Assembly: GCA_031390295.1 (NCBI GenBank)
Contig: JANMTJ010000177.1
Span: 1 to 47,719 of the forward strand
Length of the DNA stretch: 47,719 bases
Direction of reading: 5' to 3'
Source of the DNA: Oleiharenicola sp.
Lineage (GTDB): Bacteria > Verrucomicrobiota > Verrucomicrobiia > Opitutales > Opitutaceae
The notes below the pieces were generated by a model, which was given only the letters and a program-made list of their open reading frames with translations, searched no databases and was not told where the DNA came from. This document shows positions 28,364 through 37,817 of this stretch, one piece after another. The position numbers and the translations under genes are program-made. Position 1 is the first letter of the stretch. Each line of letters starts with the position of its first letter.

Positions 28364-29310
28364 ACCCGACCAACCAACTGGACCAACTCAAGCAATTCAC
28401 CGTCGTGGTCGCCGACACGGGCGATTTCGCCAGCATGAAGCAGTTCGCCCCGCGCGACGCCACGACCAACCCCAGTCTGATTCTCAAGGCGGCCGCGATG
28501 CCGGACTATACCTGGCTCATTGACCAAGCCCTCAAGGAGGCCGGCCCGACCGCCTCCATCGGTCACGTCATCGACCGCCTGCTGGTCCTGTTCGGCCGGG
28601 AAATCCTGGAAATCGTGCCCGGCCGCGTCTCGACCGAGGTCGATGCCCGCCTGTCCTTCGATTGCGAGGCGACTCTCGCCAAGGCCCGTGAAATCATCGG
28701 GCTCTACGAAAGGGCCGGCATTTCCCGCGAGCGCATCCTCATCAAGATCGCCTCGACCTGGGAGGGCATCAAGGCCGCCGAACAGCTGCAAAAGGAGAAA
28801 ATCAACTGCAACCTGACCCTGCTGTTCTCCTTCGCCCAGGCCGTCGCCTGCGCCGAGTCCGGCATCAAGCTTATCTCGCCCTTCGTCGGCCGCATCCTCG
28901 ACTGGCACAAGAAGAACACCGGCAAGGATTACGCCCCGGCCGAGGATCCCGGCGTCAAGTCCGTCACGCAGATCTACACCTACTACAAGAAATTCGGCTA
29001 CACGACGGAAGTCATGGGTGCGTCGTTCCGCAACAAGGGCGAGATCATCGAGCTCGCAGGTTGCGACCTGCTCACGATCGCCCCGCCCCTGCTCGCCGAA
29101 TTGAAAGCGGGCACCGAACCCCTCGCGCGCAAGCTCGACCCGGTCGCCGCCCAACGGGCCGACTTGAAGAAAGTATCCTTTGACGAGAAAGGCTTCCGCT
29201 TTGCCCTGAACGAGGACGCCATGGCCACGGAGAAAACCGCCGAGGGCATCCGCTTGTTCTCGGCCGATATCGTGAAACTGGAACAATTGCTGGCGCAGAA
29301 ACGCGGTTGA
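28360..29310 (+). CDS. tal: Transaldolase
   Basis: [60 protein letters not shown]. Confidence 0.98.
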   Translation: MNPTNQLDQLKQFTVVVADTGDFASMKQFAPRDATTNPSLILKAAAMPDYTWLIDQALKEAGPTASIGHVIDRLLVLFGREILEIVPGRVSTEVDARLSFDCEATLAKAREIIGLYERAGISRERILIKIASTWEGIKAAEQLQKEKINCNLTLLFSFAQAVACAESGIKLISPFVGRILDWHKKNTGKDYAPAEDPGVKSVTQIYTYYKKFGYTTEVMGASFRNKGEIIELAGCDLLTIAPPLLAELKAGTEPLARKLDPVAAQRADLKKVSFDEKGFRFALNEDAMATEKTAEGIRLFSADIVKLEQLLAQKRG

Positions 29311-29316
29311 ACCATG

Positions 29317-29402
29317 GGTAGGCAGAGGGTCCCTCTTGGCAGGTCGCAGGCTTGGCGAAGGCTGCTCGCCGCCGCGGCACGGAACGGAGTCCGCGCCCTA
29401 CC
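29317..29402. repeat. Degenerate GTAG-type REP doublet
   Basis: Begins GGTAGG and ends CCTACC; the right unit reads on the minus strand GGTAG-GGCGCGGA-ctccgt-TCCGTGCC (imperfect hairpin). Confidence 0.55.
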
Positions 29403-29405
29403 TTT

Positions 29406-29465
29406 TGTAGGAGCTTGCTTGCAAGCGATTCATCCCCCGGAATCGCGTGCAAGCAGGCGCCTACA
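29406..29465. repeat. GTAG-type REP inverted doublet (REPIN-like)
   Basis: TGTAGGAGCTTGCTTGCAAGCGATT...AATCGCGTGCAAGCAGGCGCCTACA: two near-identical inverted 25-mers with GTAG ends, 10 bp apart. Confidence 0.75.
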
Positions 29466-31423
29466 TGACACATGCGTTGATCAAAGCCTTTCAATGGGAC
29501 CTCGCCCGGCAAGTCGAGCAGCTGGGTTTCCTTCAAAAGCTGCTCCCCCACTACGCCGCGTGGGGCTATCAGGAACTTTATCTGCACCTGGAAGACGCCG
29601 TCCACTACCCCAGCCTGCCCGGCATCGGTCGCAGCGACGCGTACACTTACGAGGAGCTGGGCGAGCTGGTGCTGCGTGCCGCGCAAAACGGCATTCGCGT
29701 GGTCCCGATCGTCAACCTGCTCGGCCATACCCAATACCTGATCAAGCATCCTGACCTGTGCGATCTCAACGAGTTGCGGGATGAACACGGCGATCCGCTG
29801 GTCAGCGGGCAGATTTGCCCGCTGCATCCGCGCACGCTGGAGATCGCCGACAAACTGTTGCGCGACCTCGCACCATACTGCACGGCGGGCAAGGTGCATG
29901 TCGGCCTCGACGAGTCCTTTCATCTCGGAAAATGTCCCCGCTGCCGGGAGGAAGTCGCCCGCCTTGGGCTGGCCGGCCACTTCGCGGGGCATGTGCATCG
30001 CTTGCACGGGGTCGTCACCAGGCTTGGTCTCCAGCTGGGCCTGTGGGCGGACATGCTTTATTTTATACCGGATGCCATCCCGCTGCTCCCGCGCGGCATC
30101 ACCGCCTACGACTGGTATTATTACCCGTTTCTCCGCAAACCCCGGGTCGAGTTCTTCAATTTCGCGGAGCGCGACTTGCACCCGGCGCTGAAAAAACAGG
30201 GCATCGGCTATTACGGCTGCCCGATGAACGGGGCCTTTCGTCACGAGCCGATGCCGGCCTTCGGCGACCGGCTGGCCAACATCCGTTCTTGGTGGCAGCG
30301 CTGTAATATCGTCAAGGCCGACGGTCTGCTGGTCACGTCCTGGGAAGCCTCCCGGCTCGCGCTTGAGACCACCACGGTGGTCGACGCCGCCGCGGCGAAC
30401 CTCTGGCTGGAACCGACCCAGGACGACGCCACGGCGATGCTGGCCCGGGGACTCGAGCGGGTATTCAAATCCAAATCCGCCCGACCGCAGGCCCGGGCGC
30501 TCTTGGCGGCAGATGCCCATGCCTTCACCGGCTATGCCCGCTGGCAGATCAACGACCGATGGGATGTCTTCGCCGGCAACGAATCACTGAAGTCCTATCA
30601 GGCTGAATTGCGATTCTTTGAGCGGTTGCAGGCAGTTGCCTATGCGTGGCCCAAGGCGTTTACCGCCAGCATTGCTTTCCGGGTCTATCTCGCCGAACGC
30701 GATTTGTTCGTGCGCCGTGCCGCCCGGGATGTTTTCCAATGGCGCCGGCTGGTGGCCAAGGGCGGGATGGAAAGTGTCATCTATTATATGACACTTTCCG
30801 GGAAGACGGCGTCCGACTTTTCCCGGGCCCTGAAGGCCGGTCGTAAGGCGGCCCGGGCCATGTGGGCCAGAACACGCTCTTCGCTGGGGCAGGGACAGAA
30901 CGAGGCGATCCTTGATGCCGACGCCAAGCGGCTGGCTCTGTGGTGTAACTGGCTGAAGCAGGCCGCCCGGGATCCTGCCGTGATTCTGCAGACCACCCCG
31001 GTCTGTGGCGCATGGCAACTGCAGTTCATGGTCCATAACTTTGCCCCCGCGGTGCAAAAGACGCTGGTCGAGCAACAGGCCCCCGACGGCTCCTGGCACG
31101 AATTGGCGAGTCGCTACACCATCGAGTTCCGGGCCTACGCCGCGCGATCACGCACCAAGATTCGGCGTGAATTTACCGTGCCCTTGGCTTCGCCACAAGC
31201 GCTCCTGCGCCTGCAGGTCGGCGGCGTTGGCCAAGTCAAGATAAGCCATGTCGTGGCGACCAACGGCATCCTCACCTTTCCGGGTTTGAAGTCAAAAGGG
31301 CGGAGAAAAATTGGTACCAAGCCGGGCACTCAGGGGTTTCCTGATATTGCGTCCTATCACCACCGACCCGCGCCCCTGATTGTTAAATTTCGCTTTCCGC
31401 CAAAGCCGGTCGAATTGGTATGA
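29465..31423 (+). CDS. Glycoside hydrolase family 20-like (hexosaminidase-type) protein
   Basis: LYLHLEDAVHYP, YTYEELGEL, VVPIVNLLGH, catalytic-type VHVGLDE, LWADM; no signal peptide; long helical C-terminal part. Confidence 0.75.
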   Translation: MTHALIKAFQWDLARQVEQLGFLQKLLPHYAAWGYQELYLHLEDAVHYPSLPGIGRSDAYTYEELGELVLRAAQNGIRVVPIVNLLGHTQYLIKHPDLCDLNELRDEHGDPLVSGQICPLHPRTLEIADKLLRDLAPYCTAGKVHVGLDESFHLGKCPRCREEVARLGLAGHFAGHVHRLHGVVTRLGLQLGLWADMLYFIPDAIPLLPRGITAYDWYYYPFLRKPRVEFFNFAERDLHPALKKQGIGYYGCPMNGAFRHEPMPAFGDRLANIRSWWQRCNIVKADGLLVTSWEASRLALETTTVVDAAAANLWLEPTQDDATAMLARGLERVFKSKSARPQARALLAADAHAFTGYARWQINDRWDVFAGNESLKSYQAELRFFERLQAVAYAWPKAFTASIAFRVYLAERDLFVRRAARDVFQWRRLVAKGGMESVIYYMTLSGKTASDFSRALKAGRKAARAMWARTRSSLGQGQNEAILDADAKRLALWCNWLKQAARDPAVILQTTPVCGAWQLQFMVHNFAPAVQKTLVEQQAPDGSWHELASRYTIEFRAYAARSRTKIRREFTVPLASPQALLRLQVGGVGQVKISHVVATNGILTFPGLKSKGRRKIGTKPGTQGFPDIASYHHRPAPLIVKFRFPPKPVELV

Positions 31424-31602
31424 TCAAATATTAGAGGACTTTACGGGGATAAACCCGCGAATCAGAGGTGGGTTGATTATTACAATTGGGCAAATTTCAG
31501 GTTGAATCTATGACACGAGCCTGATTCATCTTACCCGAACACCACACAGAATGGCCGCCGCAAGGGGGCATTCTGTCCTAACACAACACACAACTACTAA
31601 CT

Positions 31603-34515
31603 ATGAACGCTCGTTCCGTTAGCAATAACGGGGTGCTTCATGCACTCACGCGCATCCGCCAATCGGCGGGTGTTTTTACAATGGCGATCGTGCTTTCCCT
31701 TACCTTCATGGTAAGCGGCACGACGGTCTATGCTCAGTCCAATGCCGAGGGTTACATTTATGGCAGCATCTCCGGTGCAACCACAGTCACTGCCGTCAAT
31801 ATCGGTAACGGACTCACCCGAACAGCCACAGTCCAGGCCGATGGCTCCTACACGATTCCTTCTCTTCCAACTGGCAATTACATTGTGACAGCCAAGAATG
31901 GCGATGCAGTCGTAAAGCAGGAAGACGGCGTTTCGGTAAACCTGGGAGGCGGCACGGCAGTTCGATTCGCAGGAGAAACCCTCCAGTTGGAGAAATTTGT
32001 CGTCTCCGGCAGCAGCTCCTTATCGCCCATCGACACGTCCCAGACCGGCTCATCCCTGCAAATCCGCAAGGAGATGGTCGATCTGCTGCCGGTCGCGCGC
32101 GATCTTGCCTCCGTCATGAACCTGGCCCCCGGTGTGAGCAAGGGTGATGCTGCTTTCGGCAGTTCCCCCTCTTTCGCTGGTGCGTCGGTTGCCGAAAACA
32201 ACGTTTATATCAACGGCTTTAACGTGACCAATTTCCGCAATGGTCTCGGTTTCAGCGAAGTTCCCTTTGATTTCTACGAGAACTTCCAGGTGCTGGTTGG
32301 TGGCTACGGCCCTGAATATGGGCGCTCAACGGGCGGCGTGACCAACGCGACCACCAAGAGCGGTAGCAACAAGCTGGTGGCCGGGGCCAATGTTTATTAC
32401 CGGGGCAACGGTCTTCGAAATAATGCCCCCGATACTTATACGCCGGATGGCAAAATCTACGCTGCTCGTGATCGTGGCTACGTTGAGGAAACCGAGGCCA
32501 ATTTCCACGCGGGGTTCCCCATCTGGAAGAACCATCTGTTCGTCTACGGTATCTATAACTATCGTAAGAATGAGACTAACTTCGCCGGCATCGGCGCCGC
32601 GGATTTCTACAAGCAGACCTCAGACAATCCGTTCTGGGGCTTCAAGGTTGACTATCTGCTTAACGACAACCACCGCGTCGAGTGGACCCGTTTCAGCGAT
32701 TCCAACAAGGTCTATGAGAATCGCCATCCCTACACCTATGCCACTGGCGCGCTCGGAGAGTCCTTCGGTGTCACCACCTACTTCAGCGGTGGCAAGAACG
32801 ACATCGTTCGCTACAGCGGTAATTTCACCGAGAACTTCCAGCTCTCCCTCCTCTACGGCAAAGGCGGCTATAATCAGACCGTTGCGGGCGCGGGCGATAA
32901 TAATCCGGCCATCTATGACGGTCGTTCCGGTGTGCTCCTCCCGCTTGGCAACTGGACTGCCCTGACGCCCGGCACGGATGTCGATGAACGTATCGCTTAC
33001 CGGGCTGACGCCGTGTGGAAGCTCGGCGACCTCGGCAAGCTGGGTAATCACACGTTGCGCTTTGGTGGTGACCTTGAAGACAACGTCGCCAACAGCAACA
33101 TCTTCTATTCCGGTCATGTCTACTACCGCTATTACGTTGCCAACGCCGCCACCCCGACTCCCAACGTTGGTCGTGTCCGTGTTCGCCATTATGAGGTGGG
33201 TGGTTCCTTCGGAGTGAAGAATACCGCTTACTACATCCAGGATGACATCAGCCTGATGAACGAGAAGCTTCGCCTGAGTCTTGGCCTGCGCAGCGAAGGC
33301 TTCGACAACTCCAACAAGGACGGCAAGAGCTTCATTAAGGTGGAAAACCAGCTGGCCCCGCGTCTCTCTGTTTCCTACGATCCGTCCGGCGAGGGCAAGA
33401 CCAAGTTTTACGCCAATTGGGGTCTCTACTACCTGCCGATCGCCGCCAATACCAATGTGCGCGCATCGGGTGGCGAGCTGTTTGATGAGCAGTACTTCCA
33501 GGCGATCAGCATCAATTCCGACGGAACGCCTGTACTTGGCGCGGCCGTGACCACCAAATCTGTCTTTTCAAACGGCATAGCGCCTGACCCGAGCACTCTG
33601 GCCGATCTGGATTTGGAACCGATGTATCAGTCCGAGCTCATTCTCGGTGCCCAAAAGCGCCTCGGCAACATCTGGACGGTCGGTCTGCGTTTCACCGCCC
33701 GAAATCTGGAGCAGACCATTGACGACACGCATATCCCACAAGCCATCACGAAATGGGCGACCCGCACCGGCAAACCGGAATTCACCCCGTCTTCCGACTA
33801 CGTGCTGTTCAATCCTGGCCAGGATCTCACCTTTAAGGCTGATCTTGATGGCAATGACACCTTGGAGGATGTGACCCTGACCAAGGAAGACCTCGGCTTT
33901 GATGCGGCCAGCCGCAAGTATTACTCGATCACCCTCGAAGTTGAGCGTGCTTTCGTCAACAAGTGGATGGTTCGCGGCTCCTACACCTGGGCTCAAAACT
34001 ATGGTAACTTTGAAGGCTGGGTGAAGAGCGAGAACGAACAGGATGACGCCGGCCTCACGCTCGCCTTTGACGAGCTTGAGTTCTTCAATCAGTCGTATGG
34101 TCGCCTGCCCAACGACCGTCGCCACCAGTTCAAGATGCAAGGCGCCTACCGGCCGATCCCCGAGCTCACGTTTGGCGCCACTGCACTGCTTCAATCGGGT
34201 CGCCCGCTCAACAAGCTGGGCTCCCCCTTTCTCACATCGGGCGGCGACAGCGGCGTCTTCATGATCCCCCGTGGTACCGCCGGCGCGACCAACTGGATCT
34301 CGAATGTCGATCTTTCCCTGACCTTCATGCCCAAGGCCTTCAAGAACCGCCTCTCCTTCTCGGTGGACGTGCGAAACGTCTTCAACTTCGCTACCGCGGA
34401 GAAACGGAACGAAACGTACGAAGACTCGCTTCATACCCCGTTGCCTACTTACCGGATCGTGCGCAGTTTTCAGCCGCCGCGCCGGATTCAGTTGAGCATG
34501 GGCTACGATTATTGA
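31603..34515 (+). CDS. TonB-dependent receptor (Oar-like, with N-terminal carboxypeptidase-regulatory-like domain)
   Basis: Signal peptide; DGSYTIPSLPTGNY; LAPGV; ENNVYINGFNVT; GYGPEYGRSTGGVTNATTKSG; YYIQDD; APRLSVSYD; C-terminal PRRIQLSMGYDY. Confidence 0.93.
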   Translation: MNARSVSNNGVLHALTRIRQSAGVFTMAIVLSLTFMVSGTTVYAQSNAEGYIYGSISGATTVTAVNIGNGLTRTATVQADGSYTIPSLPTGNYIVTAKNGDAVVKQEDGVSVNLGGGTAVRFAGETLQLEKFVVSGSSSLSPIDTSQTGSSLQIRKEMVDLLPVARDLASVMNLAPGVSKGDAAFGSSPSFAGASVAENNVYINGFNVTNFRNGLGFSEVPFDFYENFQVLVGGYGPEYGRSTGGVTNATTKSGSNKLVAGANVYYRGNGLRNNAPDTYTPDGKIYAARDRGYVEETEANFHAGFPIWKNHLFVYGIYNYRKNETNFAGIGAADFYKQTSDNPFWGFKVDYLLNDNHRVEWTRFSDSNKVYENRHPYTYATGALGESFGVTTYFSGGKNDIVRYSGNFTENFQLSLLYGKGGYNQTVAGAGDNNPAIYDGRSGVLLPLGNWTALTPGTDVDERIAYRADAVWKLGDLGKLGNHTLRFGGDLEDNVANSNIFYSGHVYYRYYVANAATPTPNVGRVRVRHYEVGGSFGVKNTAYYIQDDISLMNEKLRLSLGLRSEGFDNSNKDGKSFIKVENQLAPRLSVSYDPSGEGKTKFYANWGLYYLPIAANTNVRASGGELFDEQYFQAISINSDGTPVLGAAVTTKSVFSNGIAPDPSTLADLDLEPMYQSELILGAQKRLGNIWTVGLRFTARNLEQTIDDTHIPQAITKWATRTGKPEFTPSSDYVLFNPGQDLTFKADLDGNDTLEDVTLTKEDLGFDAASRKYYSITLEVERAFVNKWMVRGSYTWAQNYGNFEGWVKSENEQDDAGLTLAFDELEFFNQSYGRLPNDRRHQFKMQGAYRPIPELTFGATALLQSGRPLNKLGSPFLTSGGDSGVFMIPRGTAGATNWISNVDLSLTFMPKAFKNRLSFSVDVRNVFNFATAEKRNETYEDSLHTPLPTYRIVRSFQPPRRIQLSMGYDY

Positions 34516-34538
34516 TCGAAGCCAAGGTATGTGAATTC

Positions 34539-34569
34539 AGGACAGCCCTACGGGGCTGTCCTTTTTTTT
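34539..34569 (+). terminator. Rho-independent terminator of the second TBDR
   Basis: AGGACAGCCC-tacg-GGGCTGTCCT followed by a T run. Confidence 0.9.
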
Positions 34570-34643
34570 GCCTCCACCGCGCCATAAGGCTCATTGGGGC
34601 GGGGTGCCCTCACCCCGCTGGTCTCATTGTTCTTCACATCAAC

Positions 34644-34757
34644 GACATACCCCGCCCTGACGGGCACCCCTCTTCATAGAGGGGATCGTCGCAAGCGTGG
34701 GTTTGGGTCCCCTCTATCAAGAGGGGTGGTCCCACCTATGCGGGACCGGGGTGTGTC
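34644..34757. repeat. Composite palindromic element (inverted arms, each with internal hairpins)
   Basis: Left arm GACATACCCCG..CACCCCTCTTCATAGAGGGGA (34644-34685) matches the reverse complement of right arm 34708-34757 (GACACACCCCG..CACCCCTCTTGATAGAGGGGA). Confidence 0.7.
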
Positions 34758-34809
34758 AGGCTATCGGTGTACTCCAGCCGGCTCCGGAAGACGCGCTGCT
34801 ACGTCTAAC

Positions 34810-35295
34810 TCAGGGCAGTTTCGCCGCCGTGACCTTGCGCGTCTGCTCGGCGCGATAATGGTCGAGGGCTTTTTTGACCGGCCGGCTGCTCAAGGCCAGG
34901 ATCGCCCCCGCCAGCAATGCGGCATTGATCGCGCCCGGCTTGCCGATCGCCAGCGTCCCCACAGGTATGCCACCCGGCATCTGGACCATCGAAAGCAGTG
35001 AATCCATGCCCTTGAGGGAGGCAGATTCCATGGGCACGCCCAGCACGGGCAATGGCGTCAGGGCGGCCGCTACCCCGGCCAGGTGCGCCGCGCCACCGGC
35101 CGCGGCGATGACCACCTTCAACCCGCGTGCCTCGGCGCTTTCGCACCACTTCATGGCCAGGTGCGGGGTGCGGTGGGCGCTCATCACCCGCTTCTCATAT
35201 GTCACCCCGAGCTGGTCGAGCGTCTGCGCGCAGTGCTGCATCGTCTCCCAATCCGAAGTGCTGCCCATGATGATCCCGACGGTAGGTTTTGCCAT
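34810..35295 (-). CDS. purE: N5-CAIR mutase PurE
   Basis: [47 protein letters not shown]. Confidence 0.98.
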   Translation of the reverse strand: MAKPTVGIIMGSTSDWETMQHCAQTLDQLGVTYEKRVMSAHRTPHLAMKWCESAEARGLKVVIAAAGGAAHLAGVAAALTPLPVLGVPMESASLKGMDSLLSMVQMPGGIPVGTLAIGKPGAINAALLAGAILALSSRPVKKALDHYRAEQTRKVTAAKLP

Positions 35296-35334
35296 GGACC
35301 CCAGCGAAAGCTGGGTTGGGGCTCGTGTAAAGAA

Positions 35335-35414
35335 TCGTTCTCGTTCTCCTGATCGTTCCTCATTCTCCCGTTTTGGAGCGAAAGGGAGAGAAGGATTACG
35401 AGAACGAGGAACGA
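35335..35414. repeat. Imperfect inverted repeat built of TCGTTC/GAACGA units
   Basis: TCGTTCTCGTTCTCCTGATC...TCTCCC paired with GGGAGA...GATTACGAGAACGAGGAACGA. Confidence 0.6.
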
Positions 35415-35423
35415 CAATGATGG

Positions 35424-37202
35424 TTACAGCAGCGCCGTGCCCTTCGGGACCTTGACGATGGTCGTGCCGGCAATCTTGTCGTGCCAGCTTTGCTTCTCGT
35501 CGTCGAAGGCGACCCAGATGAAGCCGATGCCCGCCACGGCCAGGGAGAGGAATGCGCTCAGGCCGCGCACGATGGCCACCCCCCAATCGACCGGGCGGTC
35601 ATCCAGCCGCACCACCTTCAGGCCACAGATGATGCCGCCTATGGTCGTGCCCTTGGTCGCCCACATGATGACGCAATAGAGCGTGATCCAGAACGGAAAC
35701 GCCCCGCCGGGGTGAAAGTTAAACACCCGGAAGATTCCCTCGGTCATGCCGATGGCGATGCCGATCAGGATCAGGTCCAGCACGGAAGCCGCCAGCCGGA
35801 GCCAGAAACCCGCGCGCGGCAGGGTGGCCGCCGAGATCACGGCCGGCGCGACGCTCAGCATGGCCGCCGGAACGACGGGCGGTACCGCCTCGGATCCGGC
35901 GCCTGCTGCGGCCGCCATGGCGACGGCAGTCGGTGCCACTGCCGCCTTCACGGGCTTCGGGGGACGACTGGCCTTGTATTGCAGGATCAGGGTGTAAACC
36001 ACCACGCCGAGCCCGAGAATCCCGATCAGTTTGTAGGTGATGAAACCGACGATCGGGATGGTATAAAGCCCGAGCACAATCACTCCACCGATCAGCACGC
36101 CAAACACCGGGTGCGCGAGCGGACCGTCGCCCATCAGCTTGGTGAATCGCCGGCCCAGCCAAGCCAGCATCACGATTTTACCGAAGATAGAGGTGAAAAA
36201 CAGCCCGAGCCCAAACGCGGGGATGAGCACAAAGCCGATCGCGATGGCCAAAGTGAGGGCCAGGAGGATGAACGCCACCGGCGTAAGCAAGAGGGTGAGC
36301 AGGGCGGCCAGCAGGGAATAGCCGGGGCGTTGCTCCAGCGTCTCCGCGCACTTCACCACCCCGCCGGGAGCGATCAAGGCGATCAGGGCGTAGAAGGCCA
36401 GGAACGACAGCGCGACGCACCAGGCCCAGAACAGGTCGCGATGGAAGGCCAGCGGCCGGGCATAAAGCAGGCATTCGTGGAACCAGGTGGTGAGCGGGCT
36501 GAAATCAAAATGTTTCCCCGCGATGGCGATGTTCTGCACATTGCCCCGCACCACGGCACTGGCGTCGCGCGTGATCTGACCGCCGATGCACACGACCTCG
36601 CCGTCGATCACCGCCTTGGGCCCGAGTTCGACGTTGCCCAAAACGGTCACAACCTCGCCCTTCACGTGGCCGTTGATGTAGGTGTTGCCGAGCACGCTGA
36701 CGACCGCGTCCCCCACGGTGCCGCCCGTCACCCGGCTGCCACCCATGATGGAGACCACCGCGTCGCGCACATCGCCCGCCGAGGTGGACGAGCCGATGAT
36801 GGACACCACGGCCTGCGCCTCCTCGCCCTCGGCGAGGGTGCTGTCACTGAAGAAGCTGACCCGCTCATTGTTGCCATGGCGGCGCGAACGGCGGGAATTA
36901 TCCTGATTTTCATCCTCCGCGGCCGGGGTGGTTTCCTGTTCCTCGTCCTTGGCGGTCTCAGCCACCACCTCGGATTCCTTGTCACCCGCGACGAGTTCGC
37001 GGACCGGCTTTTCCTCGGCCGGTGCGGACGCTACGGCCGCGACTTCGGGCTTCGCGGGCTCGGGAGCGGCGACCGGTTGCGCCGGGACTTCGGGTTCCGC
37101 CGGAGCGGCGGGTTTCTCCTGGGCGCGCAGGGCGAGGCCAAGAGTCAGGCCGAGCGAGAGCAGCAGGAGGAGGAAATACTTGGGGAGACAGGCAGATTTC
37201 AT
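35424..37202 (-). CDS. Exported/membrane protein: beta-helix-like repeats + multi-TM region + C-terminal RDD domain
   Basis: Signal peptide, Pro/Ala/Glu linker, AVVSI/VxG repeats, several TMs, RDD motifs [38 protein letters not shown]. Confidence 0.85.
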   Translation of the reverse strand: MKSACLPKYFLLLLLSLGLTLGLALRAQEKPAAPAEPEVPAQPVAAPEPAKPEVAAVASAPAEEKPVRELVAGDKESEVVAETAKDEEQETTPAAEDENQDNSRRSRRHGNNERVSFFSDSTLAEGEEAQAVVSIIGSSTSAGDVRDAVVSIMGGSRVTGGTVGDAVVSVLGNTYINGHVKGEVVTVLGNVELGPKAVIDGEVVCIGGQITRDASAVVRGNVQNIAIAGKHFDFSPLTTWFHECLLYARPLAFHRDLFWAWCVALSFLAFYALIALIAPGGVVKCAETLEQRPGYSLLAALLTLLLTPVAFILLALTLAIAIGFVLIPAFGLGLFFTSIFGKIVMLAWLGRRFTKLMGDGPLAHPVFGVLIGGVIVLGLYTIPIVGFITYKLIGILGLGVVVYTLILQYKASRPPKPVKAAVAPTAVAMAAAAGAGSEAVPPVVPAAMLSVAPAVISAATLPRAGFWLRLAASVLDLILIGIAIGMTEGIFRVFNFHPGGAFPFWITLYCVIMWATKGTTIGGIICGLKVVRLDDRPVDWGVAIVRGLSAFLSLAVAGIGFIWVAFDDEKQSWHDKIAGTTIVKVPKGTALL

Positions 37203-37214
37203 GGGAAAAGGGAC

Positions 37215-37808
37215 TTAGTTGTCGCGATAGAGGTAGCGGTAGGCCGCGGTACCGAGCCCGACAAAGGTGGCATACATTGCCGCGATGAAGGCCAGGCCGC
37301 CGTAGAGCCAGAGCGAAGGGATACCGGCGATCAGCTGCTGGGTGAAATTAACGGTCCAAGTGACGGCACCCACAATGCGGGTGACCCAGCCAAAGCCGGC
37401 CCCGATCTCCTGGGCCACCGCCCCGGCGGCGGCACCCTGGCTCAGCAGGTAGAAACCAACGACCGCCACCCCGGCCACGGCGGTGCCAAGACCAAGAAAC
37501 GCGGCGCGAACCCCTGCGGGCCAGTAACTCCAGCTCTTGTGATACCACGCGATCGTCGCGCGGCGCTCGACTTCCGCCAGGACGCGGGCCTCGAGGGTGC
37601 CCGGGGCGCGACGGTTGGGCAGCGACCGGAGCGTCGCGTGGATGAATTGTTCCAGCTGTTCGGGCGCTTGGGCCCGCCCGGCCGTGCGGGCCTCGACCGC
37701 CGCCTGCAGGCGCGCCTCGAAGCCCGCGGGCGCCTTGCGGGGCGGCAGCGCGCGCAATTCGCGGTGGATGAATCTCTCGAGTTCCTCGGGTGTCATTTTA
37801 TTGTTCAT
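37215..37808 (-). CDS. Putative transmembrane anti-sigma factor with duplicated N-terminal module
   Basis: Immediately downstream of an ECF sigma; LRxLP.R.AP..xEARV motif occurs twice; C-terminal TM helices. Confidence 0.7.
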   Translation of the reverse strand: MNNKMTPEELERFIHRELRALPPRKAPAGFEARLQAAVEARTAGRAQAPEQLEQFIHATLRSLPNRRAPGTLEARVLAEVERRATIAWYHKSWSYWPAGVRAAFLGLGTAVAGVAVVGFYLLSQGAAAGAVAQEIGAGFGWVTRIVGAVTWTVNFTQQLIAGIPSLWLYGGLAFIAAMYATFVGLGTAAYRYLYRDN

Positions 37809-37817
37809 GGGTCACCT

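Noticed and set aside
29314-29754. 146-aa ORF after tal, and ORF 34594-35001
   Set aside because: They run through REP-like palindromes and overlap real genes; no protein-like motifs.
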